A stretch of DNA of 64,000 nucleotides from Octopus bimaculoides (taxonomy: Eukaryota), in NCBI RefSeq assembly GCF_001194135.2, contig NC_068983.1, forward strand, positions 66,581,634 through 66,645,633, written 5' to 3'. The notes under the pieces were generated by a model. The model saw only the letters and a program-made list of their open reading frames with translations. It had not been told where the DNA came from and did not search any database. Shown here one piece after another: positions 39,737-54,109 of the stretch; the first letter of the stretch is position 1; each line of letters opens with the position of its first letter. The translations under genes and the position numbers were made by a program.

Positions 39737-40503
39737 ATATCCTCTGCATCATCATCACCATCATTTTATGTCTGCTTTTCTATACTTTCATATCAAAGCC
39801 AATGAAAGGTGAGGATAATAATAATAACATATATATATATGCCCAAAATAATAAGAAAAGACTCAAAATGTTTCAGTTTTCCTCTCCTAGTTTTGTCTAA
39901 TTATTTTCAAAATAAATTTTGTATTGATATATTGCTCCCTGAACAAAAAAAAATTAATAAATTGCTATGTTACTTGTATCAAAATAGCAAGTTGAATAAA
40001 GTGAAAGCTATTTTACATAATAAGATTTAAAATAACTATGGAATATTTATCATTCAAGTGATTATTGTAACAAATATTTAGTTTAAAAAATGACCCGCTT
40101 TTTATATGGACCATTGAATTAAAAAGTGATAGTCATAAAGTGAAAATATTCAAAATTGCTCTAATAAAAGGAATAGTTTATATGGAAACACTATATATCG
40201 TTTATCGTGATAAATTATCTTTAACTAGAAATAAATCATTTTAATGTAATTGGAATGAATGATATAAATGTTGTACATTCCTTTGTTTTCTTTTAGATAA
40301 ATCATTTATATGATCGTATGCAAATGTCTAAATCTACTTGATTTAATACTGGAAAACATTATTGTCTCCAAAAATACAAAATGAGTTCCATTAAAGATGT
40401 ATGTATATATTTATACATGCAACAGTTATACATGTAATATCAAGGCTGATTTCAGATGAATTTCTAACTGATATATATAACCATTTACTGCAGCGAAAGG
40501 TTG

Positions 40504-40543
40504 TATTTATTTATTTATTTATTATTTATTTATTTATTTATTT

Positions 40544-40579
<36 letters not shown>

Positions 40580-40580
40580 T
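40504..40580. repeat. (TTTA)n microsatellite
   Basis: Directly visible. Confidence 0.95.
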
Positions 40581-40769
40581 CTAGTAGCTATACTTCAAAT
40601 AATTTGTGATGAAATTGCTGAAATGTTATTTGATTGCTTATTTTGCTAAAATTCTATATCTTTTATATTCACCTTGCAGCAGTAGGTTTCTATTTATATA
40701 TTCAAATATTTATATACACGGTGTATATTTATGTACATGTGTGTGTATTTGTGTGTAACCATCATCATC

Positions 40770-40960
40770 ATTTGACATCTACTTTCCATACTGACATAGT
40801 TGGATAGTTTGACAAGGAATCAGCAAACTGCAGAGCCATGTTGAGCTTCAGTGTCATCTTTGGGATAATTACTATGGCTAGATGCTCTTCCTAATGCTAA
40901 CGACTTTACAGAGCATACTGGGTGCTTTTTTCTGTTCCACTAGCACTTGTGAGGTTGATA
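40770..40960 (-). mobile_element. Diverged RTE-type 3' tail
   Basis: Begins with a (cat)n run; ctagatgctcttcctaatgctaacgactttac is the reverse complement of the tail motif. Confidence 0.65.
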
Positions 40961-43900
40961 TGTCACTTACAAGACAAAACAAGACAAAAAGGAAAAGGAA
41001 AAGTTCCAACTACTAAGAGAAAGTACATGGGTGGGGAAGGTCAAGGTCGGTGGCTTTATACCAGGTGCTGAAAAGATAGAGTATGAGAGCAGAGCAAGAA
41101 CAAGTGTCTTGCTGTAGAAGAGATATATGACTGAAGTAGATAAAAGGAAAGTAGAGATGTGGGTGGTAGAGAAAACTCACAAGGGGCAAGGTGAGCATAA
41201 AGGAGGATGCAAGTAGTGGGTCATGGGATGGGATGAGAATGGATGCTTTCATAAGATTGTGAGGGAGGAGTAAACAAGTGGAGGTGGAGGATAATGTAGT
41301 AAGTAATGAGCAGGGGTAGAGATACAGATACATACCAGTATGTAGAGGGGTAAAGTGGAAGATACAGGGATAGTTCTGGAAGGAGAATAGAATAGAAAGT
41401 TGTCGGTTGATGTGCAAAGTGTAGGAGCTGTGAAGAGGAAAATATGAAGATATTTAAAGAATTATTGGGCTACAGTGGGTGAGTCACAGTGGTAGATATG
41501 AGTGGACATTGAGAATGATGGCAGATAAGACAGAATGTTTGGAATGAAATATTGCTGAGGGGAGAGAGAGCAGTGGCTGAAGGCACAGAAGGGAAGTGAT
41601 TGGTAAAAATAGTGTGAGCAGGGATGATGAGAAATGGAAGTGGTTGTGACAGAGACCATTAGGTCTATGGAACCACCAGGTCATTTCAGAAAATAAATTT
41701 TCCATATGACCATCAACATTGTGGCATATATGGAGTTCCCAAATTTTATTATTATATTTCATTTTTTGCTTAAGAAGCTTACAATTATAGAAATCATTAT
41801 TAATGGCAGTTTTTTGTATACCTTTAATAAAGATGTAACAAGAATCTTTAGAAGTTTTCAATTAATTCTTCTTTAAAAGACTTGTTAAACACACATCTTC
41901 ACAGTAGGGTAGGAGGGGGTCTCTTCTACTCATAAGATCTTATGCCCTCAGTACAGTTGCAAGACATTCTCTCTTGCATAGATCTGTGCACTCAAGCACT
42001 GGTACAGGATCAGATTACACTGGTGGATTCAAGTTGTGTAGGAAATATGTTTCTTGTGTATTTTTACATGTTGAACCCAGTGTTTTCTGAATATCAGTGT
42101 CACTCATGCATTTCTTGTACCAGCATAGGTGGCTTTCAATAATAATAAAAAAAAGAAGACTAGCCATTTATGAAAACCAATTAATCACTCAAAAAGCCAA
42201 TACCATTTAATTGGGAAAATGGTTGATATGGCAGATTATATTGATTATCTGTTGGTTAATTGGTGCAACTATTGAAAGATTTTTCACCCTAATAATATCT
42301 ATTGTAGATTCTTTAGATTTTAGACATAGAATTCCTTGAAAACTATATTTCTAACATTCAAAATACAGCACATACGCTAAGAATCTTTTCAGATCAATGG
42401 AAAGAATTTTTTGGTAAAGCTTGTTCATAGATAGATGAATTAGAATTTGGAAAACTGTTTTCTCTCAGAAACAATTCTATATTTACTTCACTTCGGATCT
42501 TCCTTACTGATAAGCATAGAGTCACAACAGGCATTTTCATATTAATTTAGCCAATGAGGTATTTGATCAATGCACCAATGAGGTGCAGGATCAAATTGTG
42601 ACAGCTCTAATTTTTTACCATTAATATTCCACAAGACAAATTTTTGAAAATATAAATGAATTGAACAATATCTTAATACTTCTTTCCTAACATATCATCT
42701 TCTTTCCCAACATTTTGGCTTCCATTAAAATTCCTCTTCATAAAATAACTCAATTATTAAAATGCCTGACATGGAAAACTCAAATTCCAGCACCTCTCCC
42801 TACATTTTGCATTATTTATATTGTCCATGCTTAATTCTTTTGCATTATTTATATTGTTCATGCCAGATTTTGGATTTTGTTGAAACCTTCATCAGCAGCT
42901 TTTAGATCATGCTATTATGTATGAATCATTTGCAGCTAAGTACTATTAGGTACAGTCTGATTTACTTTTGATTTCATTTATCTTGAATTCTGTACATGAT
43001 TTCCATAATTAAAATTGCACACAGTTATTTCACACATATCATTCTTGTGTCTTTGCTAGCATCTTCATAGTAATGGTGGTGAGAATGTTAAATTAACATA
43101 GATATCATTTTGAGTAATTGACTACTTACTGCTTTAAGTTTAAACTTGTCATTATGTTACTCTATCTATGAAAATAGTTTTCAATCCTTTCCTCTATACG
43201 ATGCTTTCACTTGTTTTTAAATTTACTTTTTGACTATTGTGAATATCTCAACTTAAGGCATATCAAACATATTGCCCATTAATGTTCCAAAAGCAGAGAG
43301 CTCAAAGACATATTGCTGAAGGACAAAGATAACAAAAATTTATTACATGTATGCTATATGTTAGTGAGTATTTCTTCTGCTATTAAGGTACTTATTTAGT
43401 GGATATCTGCAATAAGATTTAAAGCCATCACTATGGATAGAGTAGAATAGGTTCTAAAATACACACACATATAGATGTATATGTTTCTCTGTACATATGT
43501 GCATATAAAATGTGTGTGTGTACATATATATGTATGTATGTATATATGTCATTATTCTGTTCTATTTCAAGATTTCTTGTTAATAGAGAGAGAACTGGTT
43601 TCTAACCTAGATCCAAGGCTCCTTCATTGGAATTTCAACAATATCAGCAGGATATTTGTGTGTGTGTGTATATGTATGTATGTATGTATGTATGCATGTA
43701 GATTTGTATGTTTTGTTTTATGTATATATTTTCATGCATATAATTGCATGTCTAGACATGCTCCTATATACTTAAATGATAAAATTATGCAACGTTTTAC
43801 AAATTTTTACAGTTCCAGTGATGGATTGGATCCGTAGTCTTCGACTCAGCTTTCTCCTTTTTAGTTTTGAGAAGCCTAATTTCTCAAAATTGGTATTTAG

Positions 43901-44148
43901 GTAATGTGTTACATATCCCAGTACCCCAATAACTACAGATATAAACTTGAACTTGTAATCTGCTTAGAGTAGCTGTAGATACCTCAATAGTTCAGCGTAT
44001 TTATTATTTTTTTTTTTGCTGATCTATGTGTATGAGGGTAAGTAAACATTTATATAATTATGTATGTATATACATTTATATATGTATGTATATATATGTA
44101 CTTACTATGTATACATAAATACATATATATATATATATATATATATAT

Positions 44149-45117
44149 NNNNNNNNNNNNNNNNNNNNNNNNNNNNNNNNNNNNNNNNNNNNNNNNNNNN
44201 NNNNNNNNNNNNNNNNNNNNNNNNNNNNNNNNNNNNNNNNNNNNNNNNNNNNNNNNNNNNNNNNNNNNNNNNNNNNNNNNNNNNNNNNNNNNNNNNNNNN
44301 NNNNNNNNNNNNNNNNNNNNNNNNNNNNNNNNNNNNNNNNNNNNNNNNNNNNNNNNNNNNNNNNNNNNNNNNNNNNNNNNNNNNNNNNNNNNNNNNNNNN
44401 NNNNNNNNNNNNNNNNNNNNNNNNNNNNNNNNNNNNNNNNNNNNNNNNNNNNNNNNNNNNNNNNNNNNNNNNNNNNNNNNNNNNNNNNNNNNNNNNNNNN
44501 NNNNNNNNNNNNNNNNNNNNNNNNNNNNNNNNNNNNNNNNNNNNNNNNNNNNNNNNNNNNNNNNNNNNNNNNNNNNNNNNNNNNNNNNNNNNNNNNNNNN
44601 NNNNNNNNNNNNNNNNNNNNNNNNNNNNNNNNNNNNNNNNNNNNNNNNNNNNNNNNNNNNNNNNNNNNNNNNNNNNNNNNNNNNNNNNNNNNNNNNNNNN
44701 NNNNNNNNNNNNNNNNNNNNNNNNNNNNNNNNNNNNNNNNNNNNNNNNNNNNNNNNNNNNNNNNNNNNNNNNNNNNNNNNNNNNNNNNNNNNNNNNNNNN
44801 NNNNNNNNNNNNNNNNNNNNNNNNNNNNNNNNNNNNNNNNNNNNNNNNNNNNNNNNNNNNNNNNNNNNNNNNNNNNNNNNNNNNNNNNNNNNNNNNNNNN
44901 NNNNNNNNNNNNNNNNNNNNNNNNNNNNNNNNNNNNNNNNNNNNNNNNNNNNNNNNNNNNNNNNNNNNNNNNNNNNNNNNNNNNNNNNNNNNNNNNNNNN
45001 NNNNNNNNNNNNNNNNNNNNNNNNNNNNNNNNNNNNNNNNNNNNNNNNNNNNNNNNNNNNNNNNNNNNNNNNNNNNNNNNNNNNNNNNNNNNNNNNNNNN
45101 NNNNNNNNNNNNNNNNN
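44149..45117. other. Assembly gap. Other gaps: 13203-13643, 18965-19240, 46038-46725, 53394-53948, 55167-55266, 62186-62219
   Basis: Runs of N; several are flanked by (TA)n tracts. Confidence 0.99.
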
Positions 45118-45167
<50 letters not shown>

Positions 45168-46759
45168 GTTAATGTTTGTTATTATGTACTGTTATAATAA
45201 AAATGGTGTATTAAAAATGTATTATTCTATACAAAGTTTTTGGCCAGTTAAGCCATCAGCAGTCCAATGATGGCTTTAACTGTCAATAGTATTGTTTAAG
45301 AATAATATATATATTTATGTATGTATGTTTAATATTGACTGTCAGAAGAAAGTGTACTCAGTACTGTAATAGAGATTAACGATATATTTAATCTGCTCGA
45401 GTCCACACACACATCCACACACGCACACACATATATATATATAAATATATGATGATGGCTGACATGATCCAGAGACAAGTTAGGGCAAGATATCCATTGT
45501 CAATATGGATTACAGATTTAGGAGTATGAGAGCACCATGATTTCAAGCACATGCAAAAGATCACTAAAATTTTCAATGCCATTCCCTCCATAACTGGTTT
45601 TATATCGGAGTTACCTTCTTCAAGAGACATGCTTTAACAAAAGCTGAGGGCTACCCTACTTCTAGTTTTCTTTGAGCTTGCTGGGCACCAATGCAGAATT
45701 TCTGAGGGACGGTCGCATATATCCAGTATGAGAACTCGGTAAGGGTTAATATATTATTATTAAAAAATATGGCAAAAAATCATATATTAATTAATATCGA
45801 TTAATTACCAGGAAGCTAGCACATTTAAAGTATCAAAGAGTATCTGCAATCTCAGGGGATTAAAGTACATTTTTATATATGACCTTGACCACTAACGTGG
45901 ACATTTAATGTGCTAGAAATAGATCACATCTTGTGTCTAAAAAGACCTAAATTGTTCTCAACATGAAATATAGCGTGATACCAAAACGTAAGCGGGCAAG
46001 ACATTTAAAATCACCAAAAAGGAACATTATTAAACAGNNNNNNNNNNNNNNNNNNNNNNNNNNNNNNNNNNNNNNNNNNNNNNNNNNNNNNNNNNNNNNN
46101 NNNNNNNNNNNNNNNNNNNNNNNNNNNNNNNNNNNNNNNNNNNNNNNNNNNNNNNNNNNNNNNNNNNNNNNNNNNNNNNNNNNNNNNNNNNNNNNNNNNN
46201 NNNNNNNNNNNNNNNNNNNNNNNNNNNNNNNNNNNNNNNNNNNNNNNNNNNNNNNNNNNNNNNNNNNNNNNNNNNNNNNNNNNNNNNNNNNNNNNNNNNN
46301 NNNNNNNNNNNNNNNNNNNNNNNNNNNNNNNNNNNNNNNNNNNNNNNNNNNNNNNNNNNNNNNNNNNNNNNNNNNNNNNNNNNNNNNNNNNNNNNNNNNN
46401 NNNNNNNNNNNNNNNNNNNNNNNNNNNNNNNNNNNNNNNNNNNNNNNNNNNNNNNNNNNNNNNNNNNNNNNNNNNNNNNNNNNNNNNNNNNNNNNNNNNN
46501 NNNNNNNNNNNNNNNNNNNNNNNNNNNNNNNNNNNNNNNNNNNNNNNNNNNNNNNNNNNNNNNNNNNNNNNNNNNNNNNNNNNNNNNNNNNNNNNNNNNN
46601 NNNNNNNNNNNNNNNNNNNNNNNNNNNNNNNNNNNNNNNNNNNNNNNNNNNNNNNNNNNNNNNNNNNNNNNNNNNNNNNNNNNNNNNNNNNNNNNNNNNN
46701 NNNNNNNNNNNNNNNNNNNNNNNNNTATATATATATATATATATATGATGGCCATCCAC

Positions 46760-48130
46760 TTGTGACCAAGGAAGATCATTGCTGACCTTCAGAAACATTA
46801 TGCGTTCTAGGACTAACTTATATATTGCATTTGCGGCTCCATTGGTGGCTAATGAGCCCTGCTCTTGATAAGCATACATGACTGCAAACATTGCAAGCCA
46901 AGTTTTCCCCATTCACTATACTAGCAGTGCACTTTCGAGCAGCACACTTAAATTTCTCATGCAGAATACATGCTCTCTCAAAGGTGTGAACCCTGTCTTT
47001 AACCTGCTTCATCCATCTGTGGCGATGACAGGCATTGCTCTCCCAGTTAATATCCTGCATATCACAGGCCTTTAATGAGGACTTGACACAGTCCTTAAAT
47101 CACAGCTTTAGTTTCTGCTGGGGTCTCTTTCCATTAACAAGTTCCTCATATAGCATATGTTTAAGGATCTTGCTATCTTTCATTCTAATAAGGTACCCAG
47201 TCCAATGTAACTGGTGTTTGTGTACCGTCACCTCAATACTCAAGATATCAGCTGTCCTCAGGACATGTGTGTCTGGAGTTTTTTAGGTTCAGCCTACATT
47301 CAGAATGTGTCTAAGACATCTTTGCCGAAAACGTTCAAGGACCTTTACATGACGTTTGTAAAGGGTTCGTGCCTCACATGAGTAAAGGAGCAATGTCAGT
47401 ACACATGTATCGTACACAGCAATTTTTGTTTGCTTTGTGATGACATGTTGGGAACAGACACGAGACTGAAGAGACCAGAAGGAATCAGTTGCTCTCTGCA
47501 GCCTGAAAGATATTTCATTATCCAGGGAGCAAGAACGGCTGAGTGTGCTGCCCAGGTAGACAAACTTTTGAATCTGCAGCAAATCAGCACAGATTAAAGA
47601 GGTAGCCAGAAGATCGATATCTGACATATATACCCAGAGAGCTAACCTTAGCAAAAGCATGAGTAAAGGCAGCAGCAAAGTACAAAGAAAAGAGAGTTGG
47701 GTCAAGGATGTCACCCTGCTTAACACCATTCTCTACAGGAATGGGTCCCGCCATGCCATCACCAACATTGACTCAAGCCTCCATCCCATCATGAAATTAT
47801 TTAATTATAGATGCAAAGTGATCTAGATATCCAAGTTTGCCAAGTATTTTCCATAGCAAGGCTCTCTTCACAGTATCAAAGGCCTTGGTTAAATCAATGA
47901 ATACCTGGACAAGATCCATATTCTGCTCATAGCACTTCTCCAGCATCTGTCTTGCAGTGAAAATCATATCCATTGTCCCTCTACCAGATCAGAAGCCATA
48001 TTGAGATTCAGAGAGGACATCATTTACGAGATACCCATTCAAGCAGGTAAGAAGAATATTTGCCAGAAACTTGCCAGCAGCTGATAGTAGAGCTCTGAAG
48101 TTACCACACATTGTTCTGGCTCCTTTTCTA
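46760..48130 (-). mobile_element. Second RTE family (BovB-like) RT and C-terminal zinc-finger relic
   Basis: Frames read KFVYLGSTLSRSCSLDNEISFRLQRA, TKIAVYDTCVLTLLLYSCEA, LERFRQRCLRHIL and the C-terminal CNVCSHVCLSRAGLISH. Confidence 0.9.
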
Positions 48131-49334
48131 TGTTTATCATATTGCAGTTATTTAATGTTACAAGCACACTAGTCTATCTTTCTCATTAGAGGGAATTTAT
48201 TAACTTGGAATTATTCAATGCCTGTAGTAATGAGGCCTTAACTATGTGCTCACTAGCCCAGCAAAGAACATTTAGAGATGTTTGTCTCCATTGACATTAT
48301 GACCTGCAAGCAAATCCCAGTACGGTTGTACAATAGTTACTGCTCACAGACATGGAAGCTGATTGATGGGAGGATACTAGCTTAGCATTAAGCTGACATG
48401 TTTATCAAAAGCCTTTTTCAACGTGTCACGATACAATATACACATATATTCACACATGCAGGCATATATATATGTATGTATGTATTGGGTCATCCCATAA
48501 ATAACTGGGAGGTGGAATACAGTATTAAGGGGGTGTGATCTTGTGACAGGCAAGAGGTTTAAGATATAGTGAGGACAAAATATGTCTTCCTGTAGAGTAG
48601 AGAGAGTAAGATAAACAGAGTGAAAGTGAGAAGATGATGGCAGAGATGTACCAGGACATACCCTCGAGGGACATAGGGCATGTTGAGAATAGGTGTGAGG
48701 AAGTGACTGTTACAAATGATAGAAAGAAATATAGGAGAGGCTCAGGAGCAGGTGTTGCCATACATATGTGAAGGCAATGATGGTGATAGCAGGTAAGTGA
48801 GGAGTTGATGATTAGGAGCAGCACAGTCTGTCATTTTCCTTTCACACTCTCACAAACTTACTTACCTACCCACCTAGCCTTTATCTATTCTATGCCCTGT
48901 TCACTCTCTGTTCACCTTTTTATATCTTGAGGATAAGCCCTGATACTTCATTTTCACTAACCTTTCTCCCTTTCCTGCTGGGTTAGCCATGTATCTCCTT
49001 CACAGCAAGACACATGCCTCTGTCCAACTTTCATACTTTAGCCTCTCAATACTGAGTACAAAACCACCTCCCTCAGTAATGCACCCCTACTCTATAATGG
49101 GGTCTTGTCTTTTGAATTATTTAGTAGCCTCGCTAGTACTGGTGCCTGGAAAAGACACCTAGTACTCTATGGAAAGTGGCTGGCATTAGGAAGGCTTCCA
49201 GCCATAGAGACCTTGCCAAGACAGACATTGGAAACCAATACAATCCCCAGGTTTGTTGGATCCTGTCAAACCAATCAGCTCATGCCAGTACGGGATATGG
49301 ATTTTAAATAATGATATATTTTACTGATTTCTTC

Positions 49335-49860
49335 TTTCGTCATCATCATCATACATCTGTTTTCTATGCTGGCATAGGTTGAACGGTTTAACTGAAAACT
49401 AGCAAGCTGGGGAGCTGCACCAGGTTCCTATCTGATTTGGCATGGTTTCTACAGCTGGATACCCTTCCTAATGCCAACCACACCAAGAGTGTAGTGGGTA
49501 CTTTTTATGTGCCACCAGCATCAGCCATGACTATGATCTTATTTGGCTTCACTGTTCTTCTCAAGCATGGTATATTGCCAAAGATCTCAGTCACTTGTCA
49601 CTGCCACTGTGAGGCCAAAAGTTTGAAGGGTGCTTTTTATATACTACCAGCACAGGGGCCAGTTATGTGACAATGGCATTGGTCATGACTGATTTCACTT
49701 GGCTTGATGGGTCTTCTCAAGCACAGCATATCACCCAACATTCGAAGAGTGCTTCTTACACACCACCAGCATGAGTGCCAGTTATGCGACACTAGCATCG
49801 GCCACGACTGCGATTTCACTTGGCTTGACAGCATTTCTCAAGCAAGGCATATTGCCCAGC
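49335..49860 (-). mobile_element. RTE 3' UTR fragment with three internal subrepeats
   Basis: It is the reverse complement of the RTE tail and contains three versions of gatttcacttggcttga...ttctcaagca. Confidence 0.85.
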
Positions 49861-50149
49861 CTATTCTTATTCTAGCAGCTATGCTCTTGAAGTATATATC
49901 TTGCTATTGATTTGGTCACCTAGGTAACAGAAGCTATAGACAACTTTGAATTTTTCCCCCTGGCATTTGAAGGAGTCTATTTTCTGTACATTTTGGGGGT
50001 TTGTAAGAAGATTTCAAATTTGTGTGTTTTGCACTGAAAGGGTGCTACACAATTTCTTTACATCAATATTTAGAGAAACAATAATTATTCAGAACAAGAA
50101 AGCATCTGAACAATATAACACTCTTTATTCTGGTATATACAAAAATGTA

Positions 50150-50537
50150 GTGGAGATGCAATGGCCCAGTGGTTAGGGCAGCGGACTTGTGGTCATAGGA
50201 TCGCAGTTTCGATTCCCAAACCGGGCGATGTGTGTGTTTATTGAGCGAAAACACCTAAAGCTCCATGAGGCTCTGGCAGGGGATGGTGGCGAACCCTGCT
50301 GTACTCTTCCACCACAACTTTCTCTCACTCTTACTTCCTGTTTCTGTTGTACCTGTATTTCAAAGGGTCAGCCTTGTCACACTGTGTCAAGCTGAATCTC
50401 CCCGAGAACTACATTAAGGGTACATGTGTCTGTGGATTGCTCAGCCACTTGCACGTTAATTTCACGAGTAGGCTGTTCCATTGATCGGATCAACTGGAAC
50501 CCTCAACGTCGTAAGCAACCAAGTGCCAACAACAACA
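50150..50537 (+). mobile_element. Full-length tRNA-derived SINE with an 11-bp target-site duplication
   Basis: A box TGGCCCAGTGG, B box GTTTCGATTCC and an (aac)n tail. ACAAAAATGTA lies at 50139-50149 and 50538-50548. Confidence 0.92.
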
Positions 50538-51029
50538 ACAAAAATGTACCAATCATGACAATCAGCAATAACGAATATATGACACTCTTTGTTCTGGTAT
50601 ATATAAAAATGTACATTAGGACAGTCAGCAACCATGGTTCGGTGTAAAAACAGTAAATCTGGAATTAATCATTCTCTGAAGCCAATAATATAACTTGGAA
50701 CATTTTGGAGAAACAGGTTTGGTAATAAAAACAGCAAAACTGGAGTTAATTAGACATTTGTGAAAATAACTTCACAGAAACTCCAGTAACAAACAGGGCT
50801 GGTCAATCCCATGCATCTGGGACAGGAGCGTAGGTGAACTGCTAGTGAAAACACGTCTGCAATGTTCAACGGCTGCATCTCGAGTCCCAGAGACGCAAGG
50901 GACGCGAGAGAACTTTTTCCCGCTAATTTTCCAACCCTGCACATGCGTGCTGAAGACTCAAGATGACGTCACTACAGGTTAATTGTACCTGTACACCTTC
51001 CACACACAAAAACTATTTTCCCCACTAAC

Positions 51030-51210
51030 CTTCATCTGATATTGCTGCATCTCTTATGTGTCTATAGCTTACACTAGGTACATCTTATGGAATTACTACC
51101 TATGCCTTTTCTACAGATCGATTAGGGCAGTCTACATGAAGAGATTTGTGATTTGTCTGCTCTCCTACTTACTAAGACCTTGGTTTTAGCTAGATTAACC
51201 CTTCTTTCTA
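51030..51210 (-). mobile_element. RTE RT internal fragment
   Basis: Homologous to 12210-12380 and to the reverse complement of 9290-9440. Confidence 0.8.
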
Positions 51211-52994
51211 CACCTTCATTTTGTGGGTAACTTCTGATTCAAAACATTTAAAATTTAATATTAATTTCTTTAATCTATTTTTATTTACCAGTATAGAAAT
51301 GGCTGATATAAGAAAAACAGTGCTTCTTCTTTAAGTTAACTAGTGAAAAAGTAAAGTTTTAATTTTTAGAGGCCATTGTATGTTATTTTTAATTACTGTT
51401 AGAATAATTTTGGTTCTTTGTGGACTTAATGTCAAGATATGTTTAAGCTTTGCGATGGTAGTGATATTTTCTCCATTTGCTTAAAAGTATTTTTATGCAA
51501 TGACATTTTGGGAGAAAATTAACAGCTGTAGAACTTTCTTTGAGTAAGAAAAAGGTAATCAGATGATAGTTAAATGGTTTTATTTAAGTCATTTAGCAAT
51601 AAATGAGTGGGAATTCTTTTATATGGACTGCTATTCAAATCTAGTGAATGTCACTTTCATTTTTCACACATTTGATTGTTTATGCACAAGTATTGCTGGC
51701 TTGTCATTGTAAATAAATGAAAGTAATTTGACTATATAATGAGGCTAAAAATTGAAATGATGAAACTATATTTAGTATTTTAATGCATAGATACTCTAGA
51801 CTGACTTTATTTAATTGGATCTATAATTACAGGTTCATTGTATCTCTATATATACACGCACACACATACAAACTTCATTACTATTCACATGCACACATAC
51901 AAATGTACCTTCATTCGTTACACACTCACACATTTTAATTTATTTAATCATATTCTTTTAAGATCTTATTTTGAGGCATTCAGCTAGAATCAGAAGAATG
52001 TGTTTAGTTTTTTTGTAGTGCACTAATTAATTAAAAATAGACTGGATGGCTTAGTGGTTAAGTCTATAAACTCGAAGCCTTTAGCTATAAATTCAATATT
52101 GCTTCTTGGACAAAATATATGAATTATATTCACGAGTGTATATATCTGGAATATAAGTTTAATACTGATTTTTTATTTAAATGGCATCAGGAAGTGGTAT
52201 GCAATAATGAAACACCTGCTTCCTGATATAAAGAATGGGATCTATTTCTTCACCAACTTGAAATCAAATCTCTTCTGTCAATTGTGATCAATGATACATA
52301 AAATGAAAAATCCATATTTAATTCTATTACTAAATTTGTAATATGCATATATATACAAACTCTCTCTCTCTCTCATTCTCTCTCTTTCTCTTCCTCCCCT
52401 CTCTCTCATTCTTTCTCTCTCTCATTCTCTCTCTTTCTCTTCCTCCCCTCTCTCTCATTCTCTTTCTCTCTCCTCTCTCTCTCTCTCACACGTACACATT
52501 CATACACGCATATGTACGCACATTTATGATTATGATGTATAGCAAGAATGATTTCTATTTGTTCCATTGTTAATTACTTTAACTATGGTATTCTTCCTGA
52601 GAAATAACTACATAAAGTTATACACTGAAATTCATATGCTTGCATATATTGAAATATACCAATATACATTGATTTTATCTCATAATTTTGCCAATGATGC
52701 ACATAGAGTTGGATAAACATATGTTTGTATATTAGATGCAATAAAGTAAGCTGACAGGTCATCTGTAGGAATAATTGCCCTCTCTTCTGACCCATAAATA
52801 TTTTTCTTGGATTTATTAATTATTGAATATGATAAAAAGAAACTTTCAATTCACTATCAATCTAGACCATTTTAAAATAGTAAACTCAACAGCCATCTAG
52901 TAGCTTCTCTTGTCTCATTCTATGAACTTCTGCTCTCCCTACCATGTACAATAGACTTTCTGAAGAGTGATTTCTTTCTATTTCATTTTCCCCC

Positions 52995-53081
<87 letters not shown>

Positions 53082-53358
53082 AACATCTGCCTCATTTACT
53101 CATATCTCCTTCCACAAAACTTCATATTGCCAGGGAAGATGATGATTTTGTAAATGACAGTTGTAGTGATGGGGATTATACAATGCATTCATACAATATT
53201 TCAGTTTTTCCTTGCCTAGATGTTTTCTGAAAGCTAATGTAGAACAATACAAGCTAGCAAACAAATCAAGCGAACATTACAGATGTCTTTCTATTTGATG
53301 TAGAGGAGACTATATAACTACTGTGTGTAAGAAATCTTAGAGGACAGTTGCTCATGAA

Positions 53359-53393
<35 letters not shown>

Positions 53394-53948
53394 NNNNNNN
53401 NNNNNNNNNNNNNNNNNNNNNNNNNNNNNNNNNNNNNNNNNNNNNNNNNNNNNNNNNNNNNNNNNNNNNNNNNNNNNNNNNNNNNNNNNNNNNNNNNNNN
53501 NNNNNNNNNNNNNNNNNNNNNNNNNNNNNNNNNNNNNNNNNNNNNNNNNNNNNNNNNNNNNNNNNNNNNNNNNNNNNNNNNNNNNNNNNNNNNNNNNNNN
53601 NNNNNNNNNNNNNNNNNNNNNNNNNNNNNNNNNNNNNNNNNNNNNNNNNNNNNNNNNNNNNNNNNNNNNNNNNNNNNNNNNNNNNNNNNNNNNNNNNNNN
53701 NNNNNNNNNNNNNNNNNNNNNNNNNNNNNNNNNNNNNNNNNNNNNNNNNNNNNNNNNNNNNNNNNNNNNNNNNNNNNNNNNNNNNNNNNNNNNNNNNNNN
53801 NNNNNNNNNNNNNNNNNNNNNNNNNNNNNNNNNNNNNNNNNNNNNNNNNNNNNNNNNNNNNNNNNNNNNNNNNNNNNNNNNNNNNNNNNNNNNNNNNNNN
53901 NNNNNNNNNNNNNNNNNNNNNNNNNNNNNNNNNNNNNNNNNNNNNNNN

Positions 53949-53992
<44 letters not shown>

Positions 53993-54109
53993 TTTGTTCT
54001 TTTATTTGTTTCACCCATCCAGATGCAGTCATGCTGGAGCACCACTGTGGTTTTGCTGATTTCCTCAGTCTGGTGGGGTTTTCACATTGCAGCTCCTGAA
54101 TGTGCCTTT

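Noticed and set aside
43575-43655. Exon-like frame DFLLIERELVSNLDPRLLHWNFNNISR after a good acceptor
   Set aside because: There is no GT donor at the end and no recognisable protein.
44060-46912. Long ORFs of 250-377 aa in the track (likewise 13013-13765 and 53266-54115)
   Set aside because: They are artefacts of reading through N gaps and (TA)n tracts.
53130-53230. Acidic frame EDDDFVNDSCSDGDYTMHS after an AG
   Set aside because: It runs into a stop with no donor and shows no homology I can name.
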